From the NCBI GenBank assembly GCA_951406725.2, contig OX597823.1, positions 60,512,001 to 60,576,000 on the forward strand: a DNA stretch of 64,000 bases, read 5' to 3'. The notes beneath the pieces are model-generated. The model saw only the letters and a program-made list of their open reading frames with translations. It did no database searches and had not been told where the DNA came from. The position numbers and the translations under genes are program-made. Source of the DNA: Octopus vulgaris (lineage: Eukaryota). This document shows positions 14,034 through 26,478 of the stretch, piece by piece (the stretch's first letter is position 1; each line of letters starts with the position of its first letter).

Positions 14034-15354
14034 TGTATATACGTGTATGTGTGTATATATATATATATATATGGTATATATGTAACATATATATGATATA
14101 TATAAAGACACACATGTATACATGCATACACACACACACACACTTACATACATACATCTACACCTGATGAAGGAGGATCTGATACACATCCCAAAACAGA
14201 TTACTCATTCATAAGCTAATACTCAAAATAAAGTATATATATGATAACCATTTATAATTATGATGATTACTAGAATCTTTTTCTTTTTTATAACATCTTT
14301 TGCCAAATATTTTCCCACCAGACCTGAGGTTCCTAGTTAAACCAAGCTATAGGAATACATTTATCAGGACGGCCGTAGCTCATGAAACGTATGAGTCAGA
14401 GTTTTATACTAATCACTTGAAATAGTTTACATCAATATGCATTTGAGAAAATAGTAAGAATTCCAGGATTCTTATAACCTCAAAGACTAACAAAATGATG
14501 TTTAATGCCTGAACACTGTTAGATATATTAATTCTTAATAACTTGGCAAGAATTTTTCTTTCTTCCTTTTTATCTTATGAAATAGAACTGATAATCTTTT
14601 TGTCTGATAGCAACTGGAATGCAGAAGCTGTCTGCAGCATATGGGAAACAGATTGGTCATTGGAATAAAATCTCATTGATCATAGAAATAATGAATTCAG
14701 TAACATTCACATTCAAAGTGATTTTCCTCTCTTTTACTTATTTGTGTGTGTGGCTGATAGGTGATGGGTGATGGGTGATAGATGGGAGGTGGTGGTGGAT
14801 GGAATGGTGAGTGGGAATATTCTATAGAATTGAAAAATAAATGGTAAAAATCTCTCTTTTCTCCACGTACAGATATGGACACATATAGAGAAATATTGGA
14901 AATAATTTTGATAAGAAATCAATCTTTCCACAGCTAAAATAATAGGCTCAAACTGTCAAATCTGTAAGATTGTTCAATTCTCTCTCTGTCTCTCAAAAAC
15001 TAAAAAAAAAGAAAAACGCATGTATACTTATTTATTTATTTATTTATTTATTTATCTATTTCAACTTTTTGCGAAAACCGTATGAGAAATCGAAATCTCT
15101 GCAATGTTGAGTTCTTAAGTTCTTTAGTTTATTTTTAACCACCAAATTTGAGGACAAACTGCAGCACCGCCATATGTTAAAAAATAAATAATATTCCTAA
15201 GCTGTGCAAATTATAAAGTTTTATCAATTTAGTAGCAAATATCAAAGTTTATTTTTTTAATCATTTTATTTCTAAACTTTTCAAATGTAATCTGCCACAA
15301 TAATGTGAATTTAGTTTAAACATCCTCTTGTTGAGTAAATTCTGACAGATAATA

Positions 15355-15570
15355 TTGATTTCAAATTCTGGCAAAAGACCAGCAATTTCAGGAGATGGGG
15401 TAAGTCAATTACATCAACTCCAGTACTCAACCAGTACATATTTTATCAATCCTGAAAGGATGAAAGGCAAAGTCAACCTTGGTGAAATTTGAACTCAGAG
15501 CACGAAGACAGACAAACCTCCACTAAACATTTCGCCTGGTGTGCTAATGATTCTGCTAGCTCACTGCTTT
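15355..15570 (-). mobile_element. SINE family B
   Basis: GAAAGGATGAAAGGCAAAGTCAAC..TTTGAACTCAGA..ATTCTGCTAGCTCA. Confidence 0.85.
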
Positions 15571-15660
15571 ATTCTGGATGATAAATCACTAACAAAACAT
15601 GAATACACAACCAAAAACTATTTATGAGTAAATGAGGGAGTTTCTATATGGTAACCTGAC

Positions 15661-15737
15661 CTGATAGAAAGACATCCAAATATCTCTCGCGTAACATCTA
15701 ATTGTCTTGTATTTGGCTAATATAATTCTACGTAATT
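15661..15737 (-). CDS. Candidate 77-nt exon (ELRRIILAKYKTIRCYARDIWMSFYQ), phase 1 to 0
   Basis: Acceptor ctattttatttAG, donor CAG|GTCAGG, open frame, phase matches 17060-17100. Confidence 0.5.
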
Positions 15738-16254
15738 CTAAATAAAATAGGGTGATCACAGCTAGAATAGAATATATTTGATCATAGATCTCCTTATTTG
15801 AGTCTGTCTTGGAGATAAACAACAATATCAAGTGTGAATTACCAGAGTCTTTAATCCAGCATGATGTGTTTTTAGTTCAAACCCTGCCCAGGTCAGCTAG
15901 CTTTCTCAAGTTTGATAAATAATTTAACAATCTCTGACAGTAGACTGATGGAATTTGATTATCAGATAAGATGCTTTTCAGCATTGCATTCTGAGTTTGT
16001 CATAGCTTACATATGTGGCAGAATTAACCTGTCACCCTGCTTAACACCACTACTTAGTCCTTGGGATACCTGTAGTAGAATCTATTGCATTACAAGTATT
16101 CAGGCCAGATGTTCACTATCAGTCTTAAATACACTGTAAAGTGTTATGGTCAATGTCTTGTAACTTGGTTTAGTATTTTAAAAATAAATCAGCAACTGTC
16201 TGCCAGTAATGTTTCATGAGAAATAACATTAAGCTTTTAACCATTTCTATTGAG

Positions 16255-16460
16255 ATGTTAGAAACATATGACAAGTATGGACATATGGACATACTAGAAT
16301 ATGACATGTGTTGACAAGTACGAATACACATACTATCATAGTAACATATGACAAAGTTTGACATACATATGACAAGTATTAACAAGTACTGACACAGACA
16401 TTGGTATTGTAATATTTGGTAAGTATTGACAAGTTTTGACACACCTATTGACATATTGGA
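16255..16460. repeat. Degenerate ~10-bp GACAAGTATT/GACATAT minisatellite
   Basis: More than 10 variants of (T)GACA(AG/TA)TA; resumes at ~16815-16850. Confidence 0.65.
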
Positions 16461-17059
16461 TGGAACTGAATTGCCCATGTTCAGTCCACTGCAGGACAAG
16501 GGCCTCAGCATGTTCTCTCCACTAACCACAGTCTGATGTTGCAGGTGTGATTTTGAGCTTGAAATCATACTACTTTGATAAGCCTACTCTTCCACACTGG
16601 CTCCATATGTCTTAGCAAAGAGATGCAGTTCCTTTTATACTCATATCCTGGAGTAATTAGGTCAACTGCATCAACCCCAGTGCTCAACTGGTATTTATTC
16701 AATTGATCATGAAAGGCTGAAAAACAATGTTGACCTCAGAAGAATTTGAACTCAGAACATAAGTATACTGCTTTTTGCTCAGCATGCTAATAATTCTGCC
16801 AGCTCACTACTTTAGTAACATATGACAAATATTGATAAGTACTGGTAACTTTCAGCTCTAGACAAACAGTTAAAATTGCTATCTGATGTGAATTAACAAT
16901 GAACTATCAGACGTTGTAAAGCACAAACAAACATAGTCAAAGCATCACATGACATTAAAAATTGTTTTGTAATGATTAATCATCAGTATTTCTCATGCAG
17001 TGATATATTATCAACTTGTCAAAATAAGGATGATTTTAAATTAGTCCTTAATCTCATAC

Positions 17060-17100
17060 CTCTGGCACCATGCAATGTTTTAAATTTTTTATGATCATTC
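17060..17100 (-). CDS. Candidate 41-nt exon (NDHKKFKTLHGAR if phase 2 to 1)
   Basis: Acceptor tttacttcacAG, donor GAG|GTATGA; two frames open. Confidence 0.45.
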
Positions 17101-17269
17101 CTGTGAAGTAAACCACTGTCAACAAGCAAGCAAACCAAATGGTACTCCCACTGAAAATGACTGACAAATCAGAAATGTCCAAACTTCAAAGCTGTCAGCC
17201 TTGATTGCTTGGTGATATTAGTTAAAACCAAGTAGTTTTTTAATCGCAGGATTTAACTATATTTTGGTT

Positions 17270-17990
17270 ATTCCTTATGTTGGGAAAATCTTCCGATTGC
17301 ATCCCCCATGATGATGGAACATCACTGAGACAAGTGGAGAAGTTTAAATAGCCCAGGGTTGTATTTTTGAGTAATAGGAAGCAGGAGGCTGAAGTGGGGC
17401 TAGAATTGCAGGTCCTGGCAGTCATGCACCAGTTCCAGCATTTAATCCTTAGAACAGAAAAGGTTGGTAAAAGAAAGAGCCAAACTCATTAGTTTCAATT
17501 CAGTTTATGTACCTGTATTCACCTGTGATTATGAAAGTTGGGTAATGACTGAAGGTGTATGATCACAAATATAAGCAGCTGAAATGAGGCTCCCTCGAAA
17601 AAATCAAGGTGCATAGCTCAGAGATCAGAGAATCTCTCCTGGTCAAGCCACTATTTCTCTACATTGAGAAGTTGCAGCTCTAGTTCTGTGAACATGGGGA
17701 TTAGAATGTCACAGGAAAGAATTGCAAGATAGATTCTTCAAGTTGAGTCAACTGGCAGGAGACCTAGGAGTGGACCAAGAATGAGATGGTTGGATAATAT
17801 TCATAGACTCAGTGTTCACACTTGGGAACCTAGTTGGGAAGTGTAATGATGGTTATTTCTGATAGGACCCTACAATCCAGGAATAGTGGGTGGAAAAGAG
17901 GGTTGGCTGGATGGCTGGATGGATGGATGGATGGATGGCTGGCTGGATGGCTGGCGGGCTAGTTGGATGGATGGATGAATGGATGAATGG
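17270..17990 (+). mobile_element. RTE-clade LINE (Expander/RTE-1-like), decayed 3' fragment
   Basis: DGTSLRQVEKFK*P, SVYVPVFTCDYESWVMTE, AAEMR and TGRRPRSGPRMRWLDNI match the RTE ORF C-terminus; (GATG)n tail. Confidence 0.85.
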
Positions 17991-19039
17991 AATTGTGGAA
18001 ATATTATCTACAGTTAATAATTCTTAAGAGAACAAATAACAAAAACTGACAATGCCACCAACTATAACGAAACATAAATACATAAGAAACTACAAAGCAA
18101 TAATAAAATGTTTTTGAAAGACCCTGAAACAATAATGAAATGTCAACAGCTTTCAAAAAATGAAAAAAATAGTTGTCTTCTACTGATCAATAAAAAAGGT
18201 TAACGATTTCTTTCAATCAATAACAACCTGCCAAACGATGTCAAATTAGGAAAAATGAGCAGCAGTTGCTTTGATAAATGCTTTTATCATCAGTACAAGG
18301 CCACACTCAAGTAGTGGAGGTACAGTTGTTTATATCAACGCAAGTAATTCACTGAGGCCAAAAACTGACAAGGATGTCATTAGAGCATTGGATAAAATGC
18401 CTTGTGGTATCCATCCCAGCTCTCTACATTCTAAGTTCAAATTTTATGGGAGTCAACTTGCCCTTTCTCCCTTTCAAAGTCAATAATAAATAAAGCATCA
18501 GCTTAAAGGAGTAGATTAGAAGAAATATTGTTTTTATTTTTTTTTTTGCACCAGACCAGCAATTTTAGGGGATGGGTAAGTTGATTACATCAACCCCCAG
18601 TGCTCAGCTGGTACTAATTTTATTGACCCCGAAAGGATGGAAGATGCTAAAGGTTATAGCTAATTATCTGATCAAAGGAGCACATTTTTGCAAACTGCAG
18701 TTTGTCATCACAGAGAGGTAGTAGGCCCACAGCCAGCACACACAAAAAAAAAAACTGGTAGTGCCATGTTGAAGTTTCATGTGGCAAGGGATCAAAACTA
18801 GCTGAAAGGAAAGAACAGAACTTCATTGGTAATTATATTTATCCACTCTGGAGGGCTGAAAACTGAGTTGACCATGATGGAATTCATAATAAGGATATAG
18901 AAAGGTGTAACTAAATACTATCTAATATTCCACCATCATTTCTGGCATTCTTCCACTAATTCTTCCAATCTTTTGCTTTTAGCAAATAATGATTGCTAAG
19001 AAGAACAGAAATTTAGATGAAAAGAAACTGTCAGTTATA

Positions 19040-19256
19040 TCGGTTTCAAATTTTGGCACAATGCCAGCAATTTCGAGGGAGGGGCTAAGTCAATTAAATC
19101 AACCCTACTATTCAACTGGTACTTATTTTAGCAGCCCCAAGAGGAGGAAAGGCAAAAACCAACCCTAGCTGAATTTGAATTCAAAACATAAAGACAGACG
19201 AAATGCTTCTAAATAGTTAGCCCTGCATGCTCATGATTCTGCCAGCTCCCTGCCCT
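19040..19256 (-). mobile_element. SINE family B
   Basis: GGTTTCAAATTTTGGCACAA tail and ATTCTGCCAGCTC head in reverse orientation. Confidence 0.8.
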
Positions 19257-19865
19257 GAAAACTGTCAGTTATATTAAATCCAGTTCTTTTGTTATTTTAG
19301 AGATCCCCAACAAAAGGATGAATGTCAATATTGGGATTTGACCTCAGTAAACAGAGGGCAATTACTAAATACCATAAAGAATATTATTCAACTCTTTAAC
19401 AATTCTACTAACTTAATAGCAGTTAATATCACCTGCCAAACATCAACAATCTTAAGATAATTATGCTTGTTTGTTTGTGGTGACATTTACCTGGGGCAGG
19501 TTAATCCAGCTTCAACCAATGAGTTCAGAGTTTCTGTGGGAATACAGGTTCAAATGCGGTACCCAGTCACAGGTGTACACACTTGAGGATAGTGCAATCC
19601 ATACCAGCACATCTTGCCATTAATTGTCAACTGTTGGAGAGGATTTGCTGACCAAATCACTGCCAATTATTGGGGCAGACATAGCCTGGGTTTGAAGTGG
19701 GTTCTAGATATATGCTTTAACAAAAGCTAAGAGGTGCTTCACTCCCAGTGGTCTTCCAGTACACCAGACACTAACCCAGAATTTTTGAGGGCCCATGCTA
19801 TTGCTTGATAGTCATTGAGCCTACATTAGGTTCATCTGTCCTTTCAATTGATCTTGTTTTTTTCA

Positions 19866-20132
19866 TATGTATATATATGTATGTATGTATATGTATATGT
19901 ATGTATTTGCGTGTCTGTGTTTGTCCCATCACCATTGCTTGACAACTGATGTTGATGTATTAACATCTCCGTAACTTAGTGGTTCTGCAAAAGAAACCAA
20001 TAGAGTAAGTACAAAGAATAAAGTCTTAGGGTTGATTTCTTCGAATGAAAACCATTTAAGGTAGTACTCCAGCAAGGCTGCAACCAAATGACTGAAATAA
20101 GTTAAAGAATAAAAGAATAAAAGAATAAAAGA
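19866..20132 (+). mobile_element. SINE family A 3' half
   Basis: GTGTCTGTGTTTGTCCC..GACTGAAATAAG plus (AAAAGAAT)n. Confidence 0.85.
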
Positions 20133-20362
20133 ATCGAATGGCTATGATGGTCAATCTGAGAAAAATACGAAACCAAAGGGGTTGCAAGTTTTAAAAAATA
20201 GTTGAGAACATCTCTTCTGTCAACTCTGTCAATTCACTGTAACATAACAAAGTATTTTTATTTTGCTATTGTCAGACTATTGTCATGTATAATTACATTT
20301 TTTTCGGTCTTTCTGATGCAATAAGAAAAATACAAAAAATATACACAAATTTCTCACATCTG

Positions 20363-20407
<45 letters not shown>

Positions 20408-20711
20408 CTTCTTTCTATTTCTCCATTTATATATATCTCCCCCTTTCTCTATTTCTTATATAAGCAAACATACTGAAAGTATTCACTCATGAATGGACAC
20501 AGACAAATAAATTATAGAAACCACATATATAAAAACAAAATTGAACTTCAAAACATAACAATAAAACAAATACATATCATATTATTATTATGTTCTGAGT
20601 TCAAACCAATCTTAGATACTACATATTCAAATTTACTTTTTTTATCCACAAAAACTATTCAAACACTAGGGTCAAACTTTTTCAAAAATGTTCCATATAG
20701 TATTAGTAAGT

Positions 20712-20725
20712 GTTATTATTATTTC

Positions 20726-20785
<60 letters not shown>

Positions 20786-20786
20786 G

Positions 20787-20818
<32 letters not shown>

Positions 20819-21232
20819 GATTATTATTATTATTATTATTATTTCATATATGCACTACAGATTAACTTATTATTATTATTGTTATTATTATTATCCTCTT
20901 CTTTCAATATTGTTTCCATTTCTTGCTGAGTGTCTTGCTGACACCTAGGGCAAAGAAACTCACTGTATACATTGGTAGGCCATTAAAATAAAGATACCAG
21001 ATTGTTCATTCACAAAGTCATGTGACAGAAACAAAGGGGAAGAAAAACAGAGAGAAAAAGGAAAGAAAAATAAGAAAATATTGAAAAAAATTAAAATAAA
21101 ACAAAGAAAATAAAGAGGTGAAAGGAAAGAAAATTCACAGTGACAATGCTCTTCTCAATATGTGTGATGCACCAATTAAGACAATCTTTTGCACTTCCTG
21201 CATGAATGGTAAGCCAGGGATCATTTGCAAAT
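20712..21232 (-). mobile_element. R4/Dong-clade LINE 3' end with long (TAA)n tail
   Basis: Minus strand reads LQMIPGLPFMQEVQKIVLIGASHILRRALSL*, like the recalled R4/Dong C-terminal QK.VL.GTAHILR motif; 3' UTR then (TAA)n. Confidence 0.75.
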
Positions 21233-21261
21233 AATAATAATAATAATAATATTAATCCTTA

Positions 21262-21509
21262 TTCAGGGACCTTTTGAGTGGGATGGGCTACTCGACCAGA
21301 AGAAAATTCTAACTGGGTCCCACCTGCAAGGTCATGCGTTGTTTGTCTTGATATGAGATCACCATATTGCGCACATATGGTTGTGATGCATGTGCCTGGT
21401 ATGCCCTTATCAGACAGGTAGTCATGATGGGTATATACTGGGCTTCAAATATTTTACCCCAGTGTCACTTTGATGGCATGCACTGCTCCCTCACTCAATA
21501 ATAATAATA

Positions 21510-21510
<1 letters not shown>
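21262..21510 (+). mobile_element. Unclassified retroelement 3' UTR ending in (TAA)n
   Basis: GC-richer 240-bp block flanked by TAA arrays on both sides. Confidence 0.45.
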
Positions 21511-21555
<45 letters not shown>

Positions 21556-21899
21556 GCATTGTTTCATCTCTGAAGAGTGGATAATTGTATCAGCCTGTGT
21601 GACATTCCAGGCATCAGTGTCTATCAATTCTTCTCCAATGCTTTCATCATCAACATTTAGGCACTGTTCATTAAAAAGAGTAATTTTCATCAATTTTTTT
21701 AATGTCAAAATAGAAAGAATATGGAAGGTTAACTTTGATTCAACAGACATATAGTCAAAGGCTTTCCAGCCATGACAATCCCACTTTTTCAAGTAATGAT
21801 CTACATTATTCAATGTGTCTTCCCATATTTTATTTTAAGACTGTAAGGTTAAGTATGAGGGAAATTTGGGTGGTATTTCTTGCAGATCTAGAAGTAATG

Positions 21900-22510
21900 A
21901 TGTACCAATCACTTCAGCCAAGTAAAACAGGCATTGTAACACAACGTCTACCTTGAAATGTTGTTGTGCTTCCATGAATAAGGAAGTATTTCTACAGTCA
22001 TAGCTTTTTCCTGCAAGCTGCCAGACTTTGGAATTTTCTTCTATCTCATTGTTTCCTGCCTTCTTATGACCTGATCTCATTCAAGTCTAAAGTAAAGTTA
22101 TTCTATTGTGTCTGGGGAAAGTCATTTTCTTTAACACACTCACACCCATAAAATTTCCACCTATTTCTTATTTTTATTTTCCTAAAATTTTCATTGTGTC
22201 TTGCAACCTTTCAAAAGACTATTGAAAAGGTTGCAAGATGTAACAAAAATTTTAGGAAAATAAAAATAAGAAATAGGTGGAAATTTTACCGTTGAGTGTG
22301 TTAAATTATAAGGCACAAAAAGAAAATAACTCTCCCCAGACACAACAGAATATGCTTCAACACACGGACTCACATAAAGAATCTTGCAAACCAAATCCGA
22401 AAGCGAAATGTAAATTTATCCCTTTCATCTTAATTTGTCCTTCATAGTCCATAATGCTAAGTGACTTTTTGCCTTGTTTGGGACTTTCTAATAAAATAAA
22501 AATAAAAATT
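21900..22510 (+). mobile_element. CR1/Jockey-like LINE 3' end, split by a fold-back insertion
   Basis: SFFLQAARLWNFL..PSYDLISFKSKV resembles the SFFPRTARLWNSLP..YDL..FK motif; tail GCCTTGTTTGGG..AATAAAA at 22470-22510. Confidence 0.7.
22099..22409. mobile_element. Fold-back (inverted-duplicated) repeat insertion
   Basis: 22099-22212 is the reverse complement of ~22225-22352; same family at 35082-35305. Confidence 0.85.
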
Positions 22511-23264
22511 GTATGTGATTTATGAAGACCTTGTTGCCTATATCATACCATTAATACTATGTACTGGACCTAGCTCCAGTAAGGGTTAAACTTGTTTAGT
22601 GAGTTTGTAGTTTATGAAGGCTTTGTTGCTCATACACATGGTTTACTTCATTCTGAAAGTAATAAGATTCTGCAATAAGAGAAATGAAAAAAAATATCTT
22701 TCCTTTGGTTTATGAGTGGAAATTGAAAGTTGAGAATTAGCTTTATGTCTAAAGAAGAAGACTGAAAGTAAAGGAAACTGGAATATTTAAGTTATTTCTC
22801 TTTTATACTGTAATGTTAGTTTACAATTGCTGGAGCCACTTGTGTTTGTGAATATCAGAAATGGTTACAAGGCGTTCAAAGAATTTTCACATGAGTGTGT
22901 CATATGCGTGGGAAGATCAAGATCAGTGAATGATGTCTGAAACATATAAATGCTTACACAGGGACAAAGACTTGGGATTTGTAAGAGAGGATAATTAGGA
23001 GTTGTGACATTCCAATATTTTTTTTAGAGCATTAAGGTTATAGAAATAAAGCCAAGCAACAGGGATAAAGGACGTTATTTCAACCCAGAATTTGGTTTGG
23101 GTTTCAAACTTTGGTACTTCTTATGAGTTATTTTGTGAACCTTGCAAAGCACATGTAACTAATTTTTTTTTTTTTTACTTATCAATTTTAAAACTTTTCC
23201 ATGTTTCCATGCATTACACAGAATTTGATGAGGTAGATTTGCTATGGCTGAATGCCCTTATATA

Positions 23265-24530
23265 CAGGGGTTGGTCAAAATAATGGAAACACCTAGCATC
23301 AGAGCATCATAATTTTGAAATATCTATAAAACTGTCAAAAGCTTATTTATTTTTATGTTTTTTGATTTAGTATTAGTGTTGCTTAATATGTTTTGCTAAA
23401 ATTGCTGTTTCTTTTCAGATATCCTCAAAAAAAGGTAATTAAGATTCATTAAAATGATAGATCTATTGGATCTTTAAAGAGGTCAAATTGTTGGTGCTCA
23501 TATGGTAGGCACTAGCATAATGAAAACAGCCAAAATCCTTGGTGTATCAAAATGTACTGTCTTGAAATTTATGATAGCCTTTGAGAAAGAGGGAAAAACC
23601 TCCTTGTTGAAAGAAAACTCCGGAAAAAAACCAAAACTTTCAGATAGAGACCGTCAGACTCTTACATGAACTGTTAGAAAGGATCACAAAAGTACAGCTC
23701 CCCAAATTGCTGCAGAGCTTAATGACCACCTCGAGAACCCAGTTTCCACAAAAACTGTTTGCCAGGAGCTGCACAAAGCCAGATTTCATGAGAGGGCTAC
23801 AATCAGAAAACCACTACTTCTAAAAACAAACGTTGCAAAGTATTTAGAGTGGAGTAAAAACCTACAGAATTGGTCCCTAGAGCAGCAGAAGAATGTTATT
23901 TTCCCGGACAAGTCATCCTTTACCTTATTTCCGACCATCAGCTGAGTATACGTGTGGAGACAGCCAAACGAAGCATTTGACCCAGACTGCCTTCTTCCAA
24001 CTGTTGAACATGGAGAAGGCTCTGTGATGATCTGGGGGCTATGTCTTGGAAATCTGCTGGTCCAATGGTTTCTCTTCATGGCAGAATTAATAGTCAAGAC
24101 TATTTAAGCATCTTATCTGATCAAATTCATCCTAAGGTTGCAGAACTGTTTCTGGGGGGAAATGCAATCTTTCAGGATGATAATGCACCAATTCACACAG
24201 ATAAAGTTGTTACTGAATGGCACAAGGAACATTCTAGTTAAGTTGTACAACTTATCTGGCCACCACAGTTCTCAGATATCAATATTATTGAACATTTATG
24301 GTGCATTTTAGATAAACAAGTGAGTCAATATGCTCCACCATCATTACTACAAGAACTGGAAACAGTTTTACCTGAAGAATGGATAAAAATTCCTTTGAAA
24401 ACAATTCAAATTTTGTACGAGTCCCTACCTCATAGAATTCAAACTGTAATTACTGCCAAAGGCAGTCCTACCCCATATTAAAATAAATTTGTCTGAAATT
24501 TTAAGGCGTTTCCATTATTTTGTCCAACTC

Positions 24531-24533
<3 letters not shown>
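23265..24533 (+). mobile_element. Full-length Tc1-family transposon, 1269 bp, dead DD36E transposase
   Basis: ~30-bp TIRs CAGG(G/A)GTTGG(T/A)CAAAATAATGGAAAC(A/G)CCT, TA flanks, transposase 23454-~24481. Confidence 0.95.
23454..24481 (+). pseudogene. Tc1-like transposase pseudogene
   Basis: RGQIVGA.. HTH region, VIFPDKSSF, FQDDNAPIH, WPPQFSDINIIEHLW, AKGSPTPY*; several stops and a frameshift near 24040. Confidence 0.92.
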
Positions 24534-24575
<42 letters not shown>

Positions 24576-24941
24576 GTATGACTTATGCATTGAAGATATT
24601 TTCCAGATCATTACATCTAAGAAAAAAGAGGTTTTTCTTGCCCATGTAGGATTAAATTTTCATTTGATAAATTCAAATAAATAAAATTAAATAGACATTA
24701 TAGACATCTAGTAATTCCAAATAAGCATAATTAACTAATAATTTCATATTAATCAAATGGAGGAATACACATTGAAACCCTCACTACCAACTGATGTTTC
24801 AAAATAAATAATTTAACAATTATATTAAATAATTGAGGGATAGAGAACTTGTTACATTCATAAGGGTAAAGAAATATACTTGTAGGTATATATATGTACA
24901 CATATACACACACACACACACACATGTGTGTGTACATATTT

Positions 24942-25372
24942 CTCTTTTACTCTTTTTTCACTCTTTTACTTGTTTCAGTCATTTGACTGCAGCCATGCTG
25001 GAGCACCGCCTTTAATCAAGCAAATCGACCCCAGGACTTATTCTTTTGTAAGCCCAGTACTTATTCTATTAGTCACTTTTGCCGAACTGCTAAGTAACGG
25101 GGACATAAACACACCAGCATCGGTTGTCAAGCAATGCTAGGGGGATAAACACAGACACACAAACACACACATGCATATATATATATATACATATATATAC
25201 ATATATACACAACGGGCTTCTTTCAGTTTCCATCTACCAAATCCACTCACAAGGCTTTGGTTGGCCCGAGGCTATAGTAGAAGACACTTGCCCAAGGTGC
25301 CACACAGTGGGACTGAACCCAGAACCATGTGGTTGGTAAACAAGCTACTTACCACACAGCCATTCCTGCGCC
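24942..25372 (-). mobile_element. SINE family A, full length
   Basis: Complete head GGCGCAGGAATGGCTGTGTGG, B box, microsatellite and tail. Confidence 0.95.
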
Positions 25373-25585
25373 TATATATATATATTTAATAAATTTTTAA
25401 ATAATAAATTATATTTAAATAAACATTCCATGAATGTTAGAAATTAAAATAAACATATGAAGTAAGTACCCTTAAAATGAAATGTACTCACACCATTTGT
25501 AAATAGACTGACTCCTTACATGTGATACATAGTGAATAACACCCTCATTAAATATATAAAAATTAATTTTACTAAAAATATATAT

Positions 25586-26478
25586 AACAAGAGCACTCAG
25601 ACAGTGCAAACCTCCGCCAAGGCAACACCAACATCCTTTCAAGGATTAACCAGAGATGATTTTTAAGATGAGAGTATCTGAAATAAACTGGACTGCTCCC
25701 ACAAATTAGAATACTAAAAATGAACTCCACCACTCTGAAAATTTAAGTAAAAAAAAAATAAATAATCTAGAATCCTTGTCCAGTACTTGATCAATCCCAA
25801 TGGTAGTCATGGAATGTAAAGGTGATTATAGAAAATTTAGTAACAGTAATAAATAGTTTATCCTTATCTAATACAAGCCAAATTAAACAAATTCACCATT
25901 CAAAATAGTTTCAAAGGTAGAGGTAGTAATAAGTTCTACTCGGGAATTTTTAAATGAATGGCATGAGACCTTTTGGTTTTCTCTTCTCTTAAATTCCAGC
26001 CTTCCTTTAATATTCCTGTTGTTTTAGATCGATGTATAGATGTATGTATATATGTAAGAATACTCTAAAGAGTTAATATGATATGTAATATATATATTAT
26101 AAAAATATGTTAGTGTTAGTTAATTTCTGAACGGTTTTGCTGCTGTTTGTTTATGTAGTTTGATTTCTTAATCCATCAGTTTCTGTTAAAATAGAGATGT
26201 GAGAAAAATTAATAACCGAGAAATGAAACTTTAGAAACAGCCTAAAGGGAGATAAGTCAATGTAAGATCGTAATCATATAAAGTAAATATAACAAATAAT
26301 TTAGAATCTTTGTCTGGAACTGAATCGATCCCAAAATCTAATTATTTCGTGCCAGTCATGAGGCCAAACAACCCTGAAAGTTTCAGTCAAATCCATCCAG
26401 CGGTTCTTGAGATGTCTTGTCGATGGACGAACAAAAAAACAAACACAATACCTCTGCCTTCGCTAAGGTGGAGGTAAT
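25586..26478. mobile_element. Non-autonomous DNA element with asymmetric subterminal inverted motif
   Basis: ACCTCCGCCAAGGC near the left end and AAGGTGGAGGTAAT at the right end; internal 40-bp duplication. Confidence 0.5.

Noticed and set aside
19491-19703. AG/GT-bounded minus-strand segment with a good donor
   Set aside because: Stops in all three frames; probably an old repeat
20175-20236. Exon-like ELTELTEEMFSTIF segment
   Set aside because: Runs into a hAT MITE end and hits TAA
21835-22487. Minus-strand ORFs with a strong apparent acceptor at ~22488
   Set aside because: Antisense of a CR1-like LINE end; the pyrimidine tract is its A-rich tail
25492-25571. 80-nt exon candidate with GTGAGT donor (KINFYIFNEGVIHYVSHVRSQSIYKW)
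   Set aside because: Phases do not link to neighbouring candidates without creating a stop; left unassigned
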